A stretch of DNA of 64,000 nucleotides, taken from positions 73,284,001 through 73,348,000 of the forward strand of contig NC_043008.1 in the NCBI RefSeq assembly GCF_006345805.1, given 5' to 3'. The stretch comes from Octopus sinensis (taxonomy: Eukaryota). Numbering within the stretch: position 1 is the stretch's first letter; the number at the start of each line of letters is the position of its first letter. The notes below the pieces were generated by a model. That model worked only from the letters and a program-made list of their open reading frames with translations, ran no database searches and had not been told where the DNA came from. The position numbers and the translations under genes are program-made. This document shows positions 52,378 through 64,000 of this stretch, one piece after another.

Positions 52378-52890
52378 TGACCCCCTTCGGTCATGAATGA
52401 CCATGGGATTGCACCTAGAAAGTTACCCTCCGAGGCACAAGTCTGGGCAAGGTTGTTTATAGAAGACTAGCAGTCACCCACGCATACCAGCCTCCCCTCT
52501 CCATGCCACCGATGTTATCCAATGGAAATGCAAAGGCCGATATAACTTGGTACCAGTGATGTCGCAGCTCATCTATTAACGTGCATGTGGCTGAGCACTC
52601 CACAGATACGTGTACACTTAACGTAGTTCTTGGGGAGATTCAGTGTGACACAGAGTGTGACAAGGCTGGCCCTTTGAAATACAGGTACCACAGAAACAGG
52701 AAGAAAGAGAGAGAGAAAGTTATGGTGAAAGAGTGCAGCAGGGTTCACCCACCCTCTTCCTGCTAGACCCTTGTGGATCTTTAGGTGTTTCTGCTCAATA
52801 AACAGTCACAATGCCTGGTCTGGGGAATCGAAACCGTGATCCTATGACCGCGAGTCCGCTACCCTAACCACTGGGCCATTGCACCTCCAC
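52378..52890 (-). mobile_element. Chimeric SINE (head B, body 2, part of tail X, then tail Y)
   Basis: 52890-52577 matches 15124-15433; 52575-52378 matches 23585-23775. Confidence 0.85.
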
Positions 52891-53707
52891 ATATATATAT
52901 ATGTATGTATGTGTATGTATGTATGTATGTATGTATGTATTTGCACATTCCAGTGGTGCATAAAAAGCACCCATGCTGGAGTTACATAAAAAGCACCTGT
53001 GCTGGTGGCACATAAAAATAACCCCATTCACTCTATAAAGTTGTCTGTGTTAGAAAAAGCATCCAGCTATAAAAACCATGGCAAAACAAACAACTTGAGC
53101 CTTGTACAAGAGTTTATTGGGACAGATTTCCTACCGCAGGATGCCCTTATTGTTGTCTTTCCCCATTCCTAAGCAAGGTAGTGCTTCCCTATAACCAGAC
53201 ATGTTTGTATAGAATATGGTACTGTTTGTATAACTGTCCATCATATAAGTCAATCTAACATTGTTAAGACAATGAGACACTAACACACATACGCATGCAC
53301 ACACATATATTCATGCATGTATGTATATATATTTATATATGTATGTATATATGTATGTATGCATGTATATATGTATGTATGCATGTATGTGTGTGTATAT
53401 TTATATATACACACACATACATGCATACATACATATATACACATGAATATATATTCACACACTTGACATTTTTAAGAACATATTGTAATGTTGGGATTTC
53501 CCCTTGAAAGTTCTCCTCCACCAATGTTGTCCAAAGGAAAGGCAAAGGCCGATACAGCTTGGCACCAGTGATATTTACAACGGACTGAACTGGAACAATG
53601 TGAAATAAAGTGTCTTGCTCAAGAACACAGCACACAGCATAGTCCAGAAATTGAACTCACTACCTCATGAAACTACTTGTCCGTTTGCCTTCACACACAC
53701 ACGCATT

Positions 53708-53745
<38 letters not shown>

Positions 53746-54947
53746 ACAATGGCTTCTTTCAAAGTCTGTCTGGCTAATCATGCACAAAGCTTTGGTCAGA
53801 CTGGGGCTATAACAGAAGACACCTGAGGTGCCATGCACATGGACTGAACCCAGAACAATGTGATTGAGAACCAGATATTTTACCACAAAAAAAATTACTA
53901 CACCTGTGTGTGTGTGTGTGGTGTGTGTGTGTGTGTATGTGCGTGTGTGCATGTGTGTACTTATGCAGGTGGCTATGTGGCTAATAAGCATGTTTCCCTA
54001 CTATGTACTACGAAAAATATGTCTGGCCATAGGAAAAATCTACTTTACATGGAAATAGTCTAATGAAAAGTAGAGCATCTGGTCATTGAGAATCAACCCC
54101 AACAAATTCCATCTGAGCCATGCAAGCATAGAAAATGCATGCTAAATGATAATGATGATTATATATACTGAGAGAGAGAGAGAGAGAGAGTGAGAGAAAA
54201 TGAAAGACAGAGAGAGAAAGGCAGAAAGACATGTAATAAAAGACTTTAGTTTTAATAATATTCAATTAATTTTTAGTTTCCAGGTAGAAATTTTATTTTA
54301 ATTTATGTGAAACAAACTTTTAATTCTGTTTAATAATTCACCATATTAATTCCACATTTTGATTGTGACTCAGATAAATTAGTTGTAACAGATGACCACA
54401 GTTACACTGAACGGAATGCATTTCTATGAGGTGTTGATAAGTAGAGAAGATGCAGTAAACAGCAATAGTAGTCAATTCAATTAGGGTTAATCTAACAAGA
54501 TGCAACACAACGTATGCATAACATAGATTAATGAGGTTTCTATAGAAGATTAGAACGGAAATGAAACATATTCTACAGCAGTACAGAGAGGTTGGAGTTG
54601 TTACTGATCAAGGTAGTGGTGGAGTGGTACTGGTGGTACAGTAATTACTAAAAGCAATGTTGTCGATTAATGAACCCCTCAGAGAAGTCTTAGAACTGAA
54701 GAGGGGAAACCCAGCAAAATGGGAACTTATGAAAAGAAAAGGAAAATGATAAAGAAAAATAACAATGAAATAAGAAAATACAAAGGAGACATCTTTGGGA
54801 AAAGTGAAGAAAATTTTGAAGATAAGCAAGTAGAGTGATTAGATTCCTACTGTTTCTGGCTAACAAGAATAACAGTGTTGGCATTCTGAGTATCAAGGAA
54901 TGATATAGAATGGTAAAGAAAGTCACTATCTTCACTGTATTTAGTTT

Positions 54948-55210
54948 TCATCATCATCATCATCATCATCACCACCATCACCATCACCATCATCATCATC
55001 ATCAGCATTATTATTTAGCATTTGCTTTCTATGCTGGCATGGCATACACGGTTTGAATGAAACTGGTAAGCTGGATGGTTGCACCAGGTTCCAATCTGAC
55101 TTGGTATGGTTTCTATGGCTGGATGCCTCTCCTAACGCCAACCACTCCAAGAGTGTAATGGGTGCTTTTTATGTATTGCTAGCACATCTGTCAGTTACGT
55201 GACACCGGCA
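54948..55210 (-). mobile_element. RTE 3'UTR-type fragment with a (GAT)n tail
   Basis: GGATGCCTCTCCTAACGCCAACCACTCC matches 17328-17357; related fragments at about 21960-22100, 52950-53100 and 57230-57445. Confidence 0.8.
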
Positions 55211-55424
55211 TCATACTACTGTTCTTTTATGAGGAATTGTTTGTTTGTGAGCAAGGCACAGTACGGTTGAATGGTTAACAAGTTTCTATTGCAATCATTA
55301 GGCCTCAGCTTTGAAGCTTCTGCCATAAGTATTCTCTACAATTTTGACCCATGCCTTGTGAGTGAAATTGGGTAGGCAGAAACTGCACAGAAACTCAGAT
55401 CTTTTGGGCAGGTAACTGAAATGT

Positions 55425-55698
55425 GGAGTATTTGTTGTTTGTTCCTTCTCAAGCCATGCCTATAGGTTCCCCACCTGGATGGGATGCCAGTCTGTAACCA
55501 GTGAGGTGCAAGATGCAGGAGGAGAGAGAAAGTTGCGGCGAAAGAGTCAGCAGGAGTTCGCCATTATCTTCTGCCAGAGCCATGTGGAGCTTAGTTGTTT
55601 TCACTCATAAACACACACATCACCCGGTCTAAGATTCGAACCTGTGATCCCTTGACTGTGAGTCCATTGCTCTAACCACTAGGCCATGTGCCTCCACA
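55425..55698 (-). mobile_element. SINE (head B, body 2, tail Z)
   Basis: CTCTAACCACTAGGCCATGTGCCTCCAC head; body like 15200-15300; distinct GGCATCCCATCCAGG tail. Confidence 0.7.
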
Positions 55699-56318
55699 AT
55701 GTAAAGCATTATCACATACTGTGTCAGTGCTGATTCTGAATGAGAATTACATTAGAGATACACGTGTTGGTGAAAAACTCAACCACTTATGTGTTCATAC
55801 AGGTAATTCAGTTGATGGAGCAAACGGAATCTTCTTCATTGTCATACAGAAGAAGAAATCTCTACCTATCCCTCTATCTCTCTCTGTATGTATGTGTGTA
55901 TGTATGCATATACTGTACATACATGTACAGGTGTGTGTATATGTGTATATGTGTGCATGTGTGTGTATGTGTGTGTGTGTGTGTGTGCAGATATACCTCT
56001 ACTTACATCATTTCAAGTTTTGTCTTTTTCAACTTTACATCATCTTCTTTTCCAAGTATTTGATGGTGAAAATAAATTTCAACGTCTGTCAATTTATGTC
56101 AGTCTCAGCAAACATATTTAAAAACATACTGATTTTAAAGAATGCAACTAAAAGCCAATACCAAAGTGGAAAATCAAATATAATACCTGCGAAAATATGT
56201 AAAAACCATTAATTAAAACAGATATAAGCTAATAAATATTTAAAACTGTTTTTTAGTGTTATGTCATTTTCTGAGTTAAGTTGCATATTTTAGGACTAAT
56301 TACCAATGCAAGCACATA

Positions 56319-56349
<31 letters not shown>

Positions 56350-56372
56350 CATATATACATGTGTGTGTGTGT

Positions 56373-56690
56373 GAAGGTGCATGGCTCAGTGGTTAGAGCA
56401 TTGGTGTAAGAACCATGAGGTTGTGAGTTCGACTCCTGGACTGCACTGTGTGTTGTGTTCTTGAGCAAGACACTTTATTCATGTTGCTCCAGTCCACTCA
56501 GCTGTAGAAATGAATTGTGACATCACTCATACCAAGCTGCCTTAGCCTTCCCCTTGGATAACATCGGATGTTGAGAAGGGTGGCTGGTATCGATTGCCTT
56601 CCATAAATAACGTTGCCCAGGCTTGTGCCTTGGAGGGTAACTTTCTCGGTGCAATCCCATGATCATTCATGACTGAAAGGGGTCTTTACA
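56373..56690 (+). mobile_element. SINE (head A, body 1, tail Y)
   Basis: Collinear with 23445-23778. Confidence 0.88.
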
Positions 56691-58257
56691 TTCTTTACCA
56701 CTAATTATGGTACCGTTTTCTCAGCTATTGTAATTATATGATATATGGGAGCAGAACTGCTGCACATGCTGCTTCCCTCTGTTTTTCTGCGACCAGTTAT
56801 TCCTCTTTCTGGGACTATTCCTTTTGCCACCCGTCTTGTACTCACAACATCATCCTTACTAATTTATTTCAACCGAATACCTCATATTTTTGCAACTCCT
56901 TATATCCATTCCTATGTATATTTGGCTTCCATCTATGTCACTGTGCATTTTCTCGCTTACCTGACTTCATCCTATTTCTCACCTGTCTATGATTTTATTA
57001 TACTGTTGATCTCCACCCCTACCTTTTATCTATTACCACCTATTACCTTCTCCTCCTAACCAACTCCTATTTTCCTCACCTTCACCTAAACTGAGATTCA
57101 CCATTGTCCACACTTTCATCCAGGTTCACCATTCCCTGCATGCACTTTTATCCTTGTCTCTAACACCTCTCACTCTCATGTCCCAATAAAAGTAAACCAC
57201 CTCACTCAGTATTATACATCCAACTCTGTCAAGGGGTTTTGTCTTACACGTTACTTGGTTACCTCACTCATGCTGTAGCTGCAAAAAAGCACCCAGTACA
57301 CTTTTTAATGCTGTTGCCATTAGGAAGAGTATTCAGCTGCAGAAAACTTTCCGAACATTAAAGTCTAAAGCCAGATCCTGACAAACCATCCTACACATAC
57401 CACTATGGAATATGGACACTAAATGATAATGATGATAACGATGATGGTGTGTATGTGTATGGCCAGGTATCCTACTAATGTTGGTATCCACAAGCTTTTG
57501 TTACATTTGTAAAGTAGCAACATCTAACATATTTACATCAGTTCCTTTCGAAAACTAAAGCCATGTCCGAAATGTGGAATGTCTCTTATCTTCACGGCAC
57601 ATGAACTTCTTCTGACAATGGATTCCTACCTTTCAAAGACTAAGTATAACATCCCTTCCCACAAGTACCCTCACCAATACAATACACTCTACTTTAGCAT
57701 ATTTAAATTCCTTTTAAAGACCCAAATAATAGATGGGGTTCTTTATTCATGAATATATGTAGAGAAGAGAAGGGAAAATTAATCCTTGTGAGGGAAAAAA
57801 TAACCCTTTCTATTGGAAAGACAAAACTTCAAAGAAAAGATAATATATTTTAATTATTTTGAGGTTATCCGTTTTCTGTTTTCATGGTTGGTTTAATTAC
57901 TTGAAGAGCCTTTCCAGAAATATATGAAACTTGATGAAAAATGAATTGCTCATGCTTAATAATGTAGCATAGAGAGAGGAATTCTAACAAAACCAGAAGA
58001 AAAATTATGTATATATATATATATATACATACATACCGATGTTTGTCCATCTTCTACTATGAAGTTATGTGTGTGTGTGTACATATGTGTATATACATTT
58101 ATCTATCTACCTATCTATCCATCTATATATATATATGTGTGTGGGGGAGAAAACATAATTGCTGTTTATATATACAATGGGCAATCAAAAATAACAGGCA
58201 AATCTCAGTAGATATAAATACACCAGTGATGAAAACAATTTTATTAAATATGTTGGA

Positions 58258-58313
<56 letters not shown>

Positions 58314-59215
58314 AGTTTTCTAAAAGATAAAACCTATGAATTTACCACAGATTCCAAAGCAGAAATGAAATTCTATACACGCAAATTGGAGACTAAATGA
58401 AAGTTTATGAATATTATTAGTAAAAGTATGCCTTCAGAAATAACTGCTTGAATAGTAGTAACTATTTATACATAAAACAGATGTTAAATGGTGATGATGA
58501 CATGCATTTAATTTTCTCTTCCTTATCTGATATTTCTCAATATTTTTGTGTAACAAATTTCCCATTAGTTTACAAATAACCATATTATAAAATTAGGAAG
58601 GGTTTATCTGTCTAACTGTTTATCTAACTGTTTATCTATACATGTCTATCTGTGCATCAAAACAAGAGATTGGGAAGAAAAATGTTGGCATTATTTATTC
58701 ACCATCACATGTATTTCACTTGCTAATAAGAATTACAAAATTGTACATGTAGGAGAAACACACAAGACTTCTATTAGAAATTCTTCAAACAGAGAATCAA
58801 AGAATAAAATCAAATAATATTATTTGATTCTCTGTCTGATGAATTTCGAATAGATGTTTTATATGTTTTGCATATATGTACAATTTTGAGACTATTAGCA
58901 AATGAAACACGTGTAATGGTGAATAGATAATGACAAAAAATGTTTCCAACTTCTGTTTTGATATGTAATCACTCTGCAAAAGATATTTTCCAGAATTTTC
59001 AGCTCTTAAGCTCTTATGCATAACTCACACAAATATATCTGCATGAATATTTGGAGTACTGGAATAAGCAGATGAGCTTCAAGAGGACACAGCTTGGATT
59101 ATAGCACTATTCAAGTATTTCACACATGCATACACACACTCACACACACACATGCATACACACACTCACACACACACACATGCACGCACATGCACTCACA
59201 CACACACACACATGT

Positions 59216-59631
59216 CAGGGATGTGCCACCTGGGTAGGCAAGGTAGGTAGTGCCTACTTTGAATAAAATAGATAAATAGATTGACCGCAGCATTTTCCTT
59301 TTATGGCAAAATATGCACCTGATTCAATACAATTATGAAGGTTACTGTGATTACTATGCATAAAATGCAAAATATTTGACTTTTTTGTAGATTAGGTAGG
59401 CACGATTTGCCCCTGCTTTTCAATCTCAGTATTTAAAGCTATGCATTGTACTGCTGTAGCACACATGCCGTATACACCCCTACAACATTGTTTTCTTTAT
59501 GTGCTATGAAGGCAGAAATAAATCTACCTTCAATTCAGTCACTTGCACGTGTTTCATTTATTTTTTGTGGGTTTTACTACATATAGGTCACCAACTGCCT
59601 ACCCTGAGTAATTACTGACAGTTTGTGCCTG
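59216..59631. mobile_element. Possible hAT-like MITE
   Basis: TCAGG...CCTGA ends with inverted subterminal GGGTAGGCA/TGCCTACCC motifs; no TSD verified. Confidence 0.35.
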
Positions 59632-59652
59632 ATATATATATATATATATTAT

Positions 59653-59948
59653 GAGGGTGCATGGCTAGTGGTTAGGGTGTTGTATGCATGATCTTGAGAT
59701 CATGGTTTCAATTCCTAGGCCAGGTGGTCCACTGAATTCTTGAGCAAAACAGTTCATCTCATGTTGCTCTGCGATCACGTCAACACCTGACACGTGGTAC
59801 ACCCTGCACCTGTTCAGAGAATGTCAATTTGATGGAGAGAGTGTGGTAATGTGAAGCATGAACATTTGATCACTATAGACAAATCATTTGTGCTGGTCAT
59901 TCAGCAATACCTGGACGCTCATACTTCGTCTTCAATGCAAGAGTCCCT
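59653..59948 (+). mobile_element. SINE (head A-like, body 1-like, tail W)
   Basis: TGGCTAGTGGTTAGGG head, GGTTTCAATTCC box, TTCTTGAGCAAAACA body, unique tail. Confidence 0.65.
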
Positions 59949-60597
59949 CATATATACATTTATATACATACACTAACACACACAGATTTAAATGCAAGTT
60001 ACTATAAATTTTATGTCTCTGATGAGCTTGTACAGCATGCTGTGTGGTATAAGGCAGTCATTCAACCTCAAAATAGAACATACCTTCTCTCTGAGAAAAA
60101 GCAAAAAAGAATGAGAAGTAAAAAGTAAATAGAAAATAGGAATGACAAAAATGAAGCATGAAGGTAAGAGAGATGCAAGGTGCAACTCTTTGACTCATTA
60201 GGATAGGAATTAATAATGTTTGTTGTAGTTAATTCAATGGGGAAAGGATAAAGCTCATGAGACTGCATGTTTAATTTGGAGAGAATGAAATTTGTTAGCC
60301 CTGTCTAGGACTCAGAGGCTGACAATACCCCACATACCATGTAGAACATTGAAGAACAATCCATAGCATGTCTTAATGGGTGCAAGATTTGTATAGCCAA
60401 AAGAACCAATAACCTTTTTAAATCTAAGAACCCCACCGGTCTACTGAATTCTACATAAGAAATTTTCACTAAATGTGAACATCTGGATGAATTTCTATTA
60501 TTGAAATGGAAAACACCACCTTCTCTGAATTAAGCAAGCAGTCTCATAAATTTTAGCCTTTCCCTGTTAAATTTAACTCCATTAGCCATTATAAATA

Positions 60598-60806
60598 GGG
60601 TGGCCAGTGATTAAAATTGTCAGCATACTGAACAAAATGCTTAGCACTATTTTGTCTCTATGTTCCAACTTCAAATTTTGCCAAAGTTGACCTTTCTTTT
60701 CACCCCTTCAAGGTTGATGAAATAAGCATCAGTCAAGAACAAGGGTCGATGTAATCGACAGCCATTCTCCTAAAATTTCAGCATTGTGCCTCTAGTAGAA
60801 AGAATC
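60598..60806 (+). mobile_element. Old SINE, GTTCTGAGTTCAAAT family
   Basis: AAAATGCTTAGC and GGGTCGATGTAATCGAC motifs; TTGTGCCT.TAGTAGAAAG tail. Confidence 0.7.
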
Positions 60807-61646
60807 ATTTAATCTCATTCTAATGAACCAAAAGGACACAACTTTTACCTTCCTTCTGTTCAAGCTGATTTTTTTTCATTCCATTTCCATTTACTTTTTC
60901 CCCTTTTGTACTTTCTTGTTCTTTCTCAGAGAGTAGCCATGTTGTATTTTGAAGTTGGGTAACTGCTTGGAAATACATGGAATGCTGTACAATCTCATCT
61001 GACTATTATATTTATCTGAGGCATGAAACTTGTAGTAGCTCACATTGAAATCCTGTGTTTATTAAATGATATTTATCTCTCACTGGATGGAGTACTTTTT
61101 TTGTTCATCCCACCACTATCAGAACAGTACACTATATATGTTTGTTTATGTATCTGTGCATATGTGTATAAAGCACATGTACACACATGCACATATATAT
61201 ATATATATATATACATACACTGGCTCACACACATGCACAAATATACACGCACATTTATTATAATTGTGTTTTATAGTTAAAGGATGTTTTTTATGAGCAT
61301 AAAATCTGTGAACATTAACTGAGAAAAAGAGTCACAAAAAGTTAAGAGTCAGATATTTAGATAGAGAATTATTAAAATATCAATGTGTTGCAAGTATAGT
61401 ACATATTCACATAAATATTATAAAGGGTTTGAAACTAATGAAATTAAAGCTACTGATTTCAAAATGTTATGACAGTCGGAGTCTGTGTGAATTATATAAA
61501 ATCATTATTCTGCAGTTTTATGTATAAGCTGCAGTAATGTGAAATGATTTCTTTAGACTAAGAGAGTCATAACATATAAATATTTTTTATGAATAATACA
61601 TGAATACATATATATATGTATGTAAATAAATAAGTATACACACATG

Positions 61647-61706
<60 letters not shown>

Positions 61707-62559
61707 CACACACATATATATATATATTAGGCTGGAAAAAAAAGACCTGTCACATTTCAGGATGGAAAAGAAAAGCTTTGATAGTCTTAATTGTTATAAT
61801 TAATCAAGAATGTCCCCTCACCATTGCTAATATAATTCCATCTATGTGGCAAATTTTTGATTTCTAAAGTACAAAATTTTTCAGATTTCATAGACTAAAA
61901 TGCTCAATAGTATTTTTATCCTCTTTACAATTAATAAATTGTTCTCCCTTTGTAACATTGTATTCAAGCCATAACTTAAGCACATCTTGATTATGTGTGC
62001 AACAGTGTTGTATCCAGTTAATGGCTTTTGCTCAAGTGATAGTTTCTCCAGATGCTCTTGAAACTTCAATAAAAAACAGCCTATAAATAAAGTTTATTTG
62101 CGTTACCTTTCACAGAGTGTCAAAGACATCCATGCAAGCATGACATTCTTCACTCTCACCAACTTCATATATTCTTGAGAATGTTACCAACTCACATTCC
62201 TCTTCTATTCAATCTAATGGATTATATGCGATTATAAGGCAGACATGATACCACACCTACATTTTGGTTTTATGTAAAAACCAACCCAGTGTTAAATTTT
62301 AAATAGACATTTTCTTTGCATAGTGTATTATGCTATTTTCATCTGGCTAATGCTGTATCTATTTGTAATGCATGAACATCTTTTCATAACTAGTGTGGCA
62401 TAATAAATTTTGTTTAAATGTTTGTTCCATACAGTTTACTTATTCTAAAGAGCTTACAGTCAACTAACCATAATACATCCCAGCAACATTGTCACACATG
62501 TCTACAAGCAACAATTGATGACTTTCAACACTAGAAATGGCAGCCAGAACAAGCAACTA

Positions 62560-63000
62560 CAGATTCATTGAAAAGTTAATATGGCGACTTGGTTTTATAT
62601 AGGATCAACATACAGTCAAAACCAAATATCCAGTTGCTGATCTAAACTAGCCATACCTTGAAATAAAGTTGCAGTCATCTATAAACACAATATTCAGATG
62701 GAGTGAGGTGAAGAGAATAAGACAGATGAGGCAAAACTTCCATATCTTTCCTTGAGTGCATTGGGCAATACGTGGCCTTTATGACTGATCAGTGATGGGT
62801 GCTTTCTCTACAATGCTTCCAATTGATTACAATATTTCTCCATCTTAACTATTTTATTTTGGTTCAACACTTCATGATAGACAACACCCTTCATATCCCA
62901 CCAAAAACAGCATAATGTTTCAGGGTGTAGTCTTTGTTTGAGGATGAATTATCTCCTTCCATTGGGTACTTTCCATTATTGTTCATATTATTATCATTAT
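62560..63000 (-). mobile_element. Decayed mariner transposase C-terminal fragment
   Basis: Minus strand reads WWDMKGVVYHEVL, YCNQL and EVLPHLSYS.HLTPSEY. Confidence 0.75.
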
Positions 63001-63271
63001 AGAGAACTCCCTTTCAAAACCCTCAAAATTCTAAAATGCATTTGACAATCCCACTGGGCACTGCTGAGGCAAAATTTCGTCTAGATCTGTCTGTCTGTCT
63101 CTTTCTCTCTCTCTCTCTCTCTCTGATATCTATTGTGTTTTTTACACAACTAGTCTATAATAAATATTATTTCAGGATAAATACTACACCAACTGGCCCA
63201 TCAATAATGTGTATACATTAAGTATGCTATATAAGTGGAAATAACAATGTATAAAACATTTCGAAATTATA

Positions 63272-63592
63272 TACAACATAGAACAGTACTAGTACTAATA
63301 TTTTGTCTCGGAAACTTCTTGAAGAGTTTTGTATGTTAAAAAGCATAGAGCTTGCACAGATTATCATCAATAGATCATCAAATGCATACAAGAATATAAT
63401 TTTACCCTGGCTAGCTTTCACAAAAATCAATGAATATTTTCTGTTGAGACCAAATCAGTTGGAAACGCCAGCGTCTGAGGATCTGACAATGACATTCTGA
63501 GAGAGAGCTCTGTGCTTTTTTAGTGCACAAGTTTCTTTGAAAAACTTTTCTTAGACAAAATATTTCAGCTGGCGCTGTTCTACATTTGTGTA
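63272..63592. mobile_element. Old MITE with ~85-bp degenerate TIRs
   Basis: TAGAACAG..AATATTTTGTCT..AAAAAGCATAGAGCT is mirrored by AGCTCTGTGCTTTTT..AGACAAAATATT..CTGTTCTA. Confidence 0.6.
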
Positions 63593-64000
63593 TATATTAT
63601 GTTGTATACATCATTTATATTTATCTATTTTGATATATCTACCTATATGCATACACTATATATGATGTAAATACAATGAACAGCAAAAAATGAGACAACA
63701 GAAAGGAGGGACAACGTTTAACAAATACAGTATTAGCTTAATACTAAGAAAAAGAAAAATGTGTGGTGAGCATGTTTGTGTTAAACTTTTATCTTATGTT
63801 TCTAAATTCAGTTATAAAAGAAAATTGAGAGAGAGAGGGAGGAGGGAGAGAGACAGACAGAGATAGATTTGTAATACGGGACAGGAAACAACAGTAAAAT
63901 GTTAGTTTTAAATTTGTCAATTAGTATCACGTAAAACTTTTTGTTTTTACAGAGCAGCTTAATTGCTTAATAAAAATGATCACTTCAGTTTCCAGATTTC

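Overview
AT-rich, microsatellite-dense eukaryotic DNA with no intact host gene that I can support. The mix of tRNA-headed SINEs, RTE LINEs with (GAT)n tails and long (TA)n/(CA)n arrays looks like an octopus/coleoid genome (inference, not verified). It is mostly a transposon graveyard: one near-intact RTE LINE (single frameshift, PHD finger inside the RT), other RTE and CR1 fragments, a Penelope-like element with an inverted terminal repeat and degenerate hammerhead cores, Tc1/mariner, Chapaev, piggyBac and Helitron relics, fold-back MITEs and many modular SINEs. The most striking structures are a ~1 kb near-perfect palindrome (43347-44330), three different SINE subfamilies stacked at one target site (44619-45328), head/body/tail shuffling among SINEs, and two speculative decayed receptor genes: an LRR-kringle-mucin-HormR-like one on + (3149-12650) and a SEFIR/IL-17R-like one on - (35250-37320). 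Most six-frame ORFs are microsatellite artefacts. I found no clearly new biological system; the candidates below need alignment or RNA checks. All alignments and translations beyond the supplied ORF track were done by eye.
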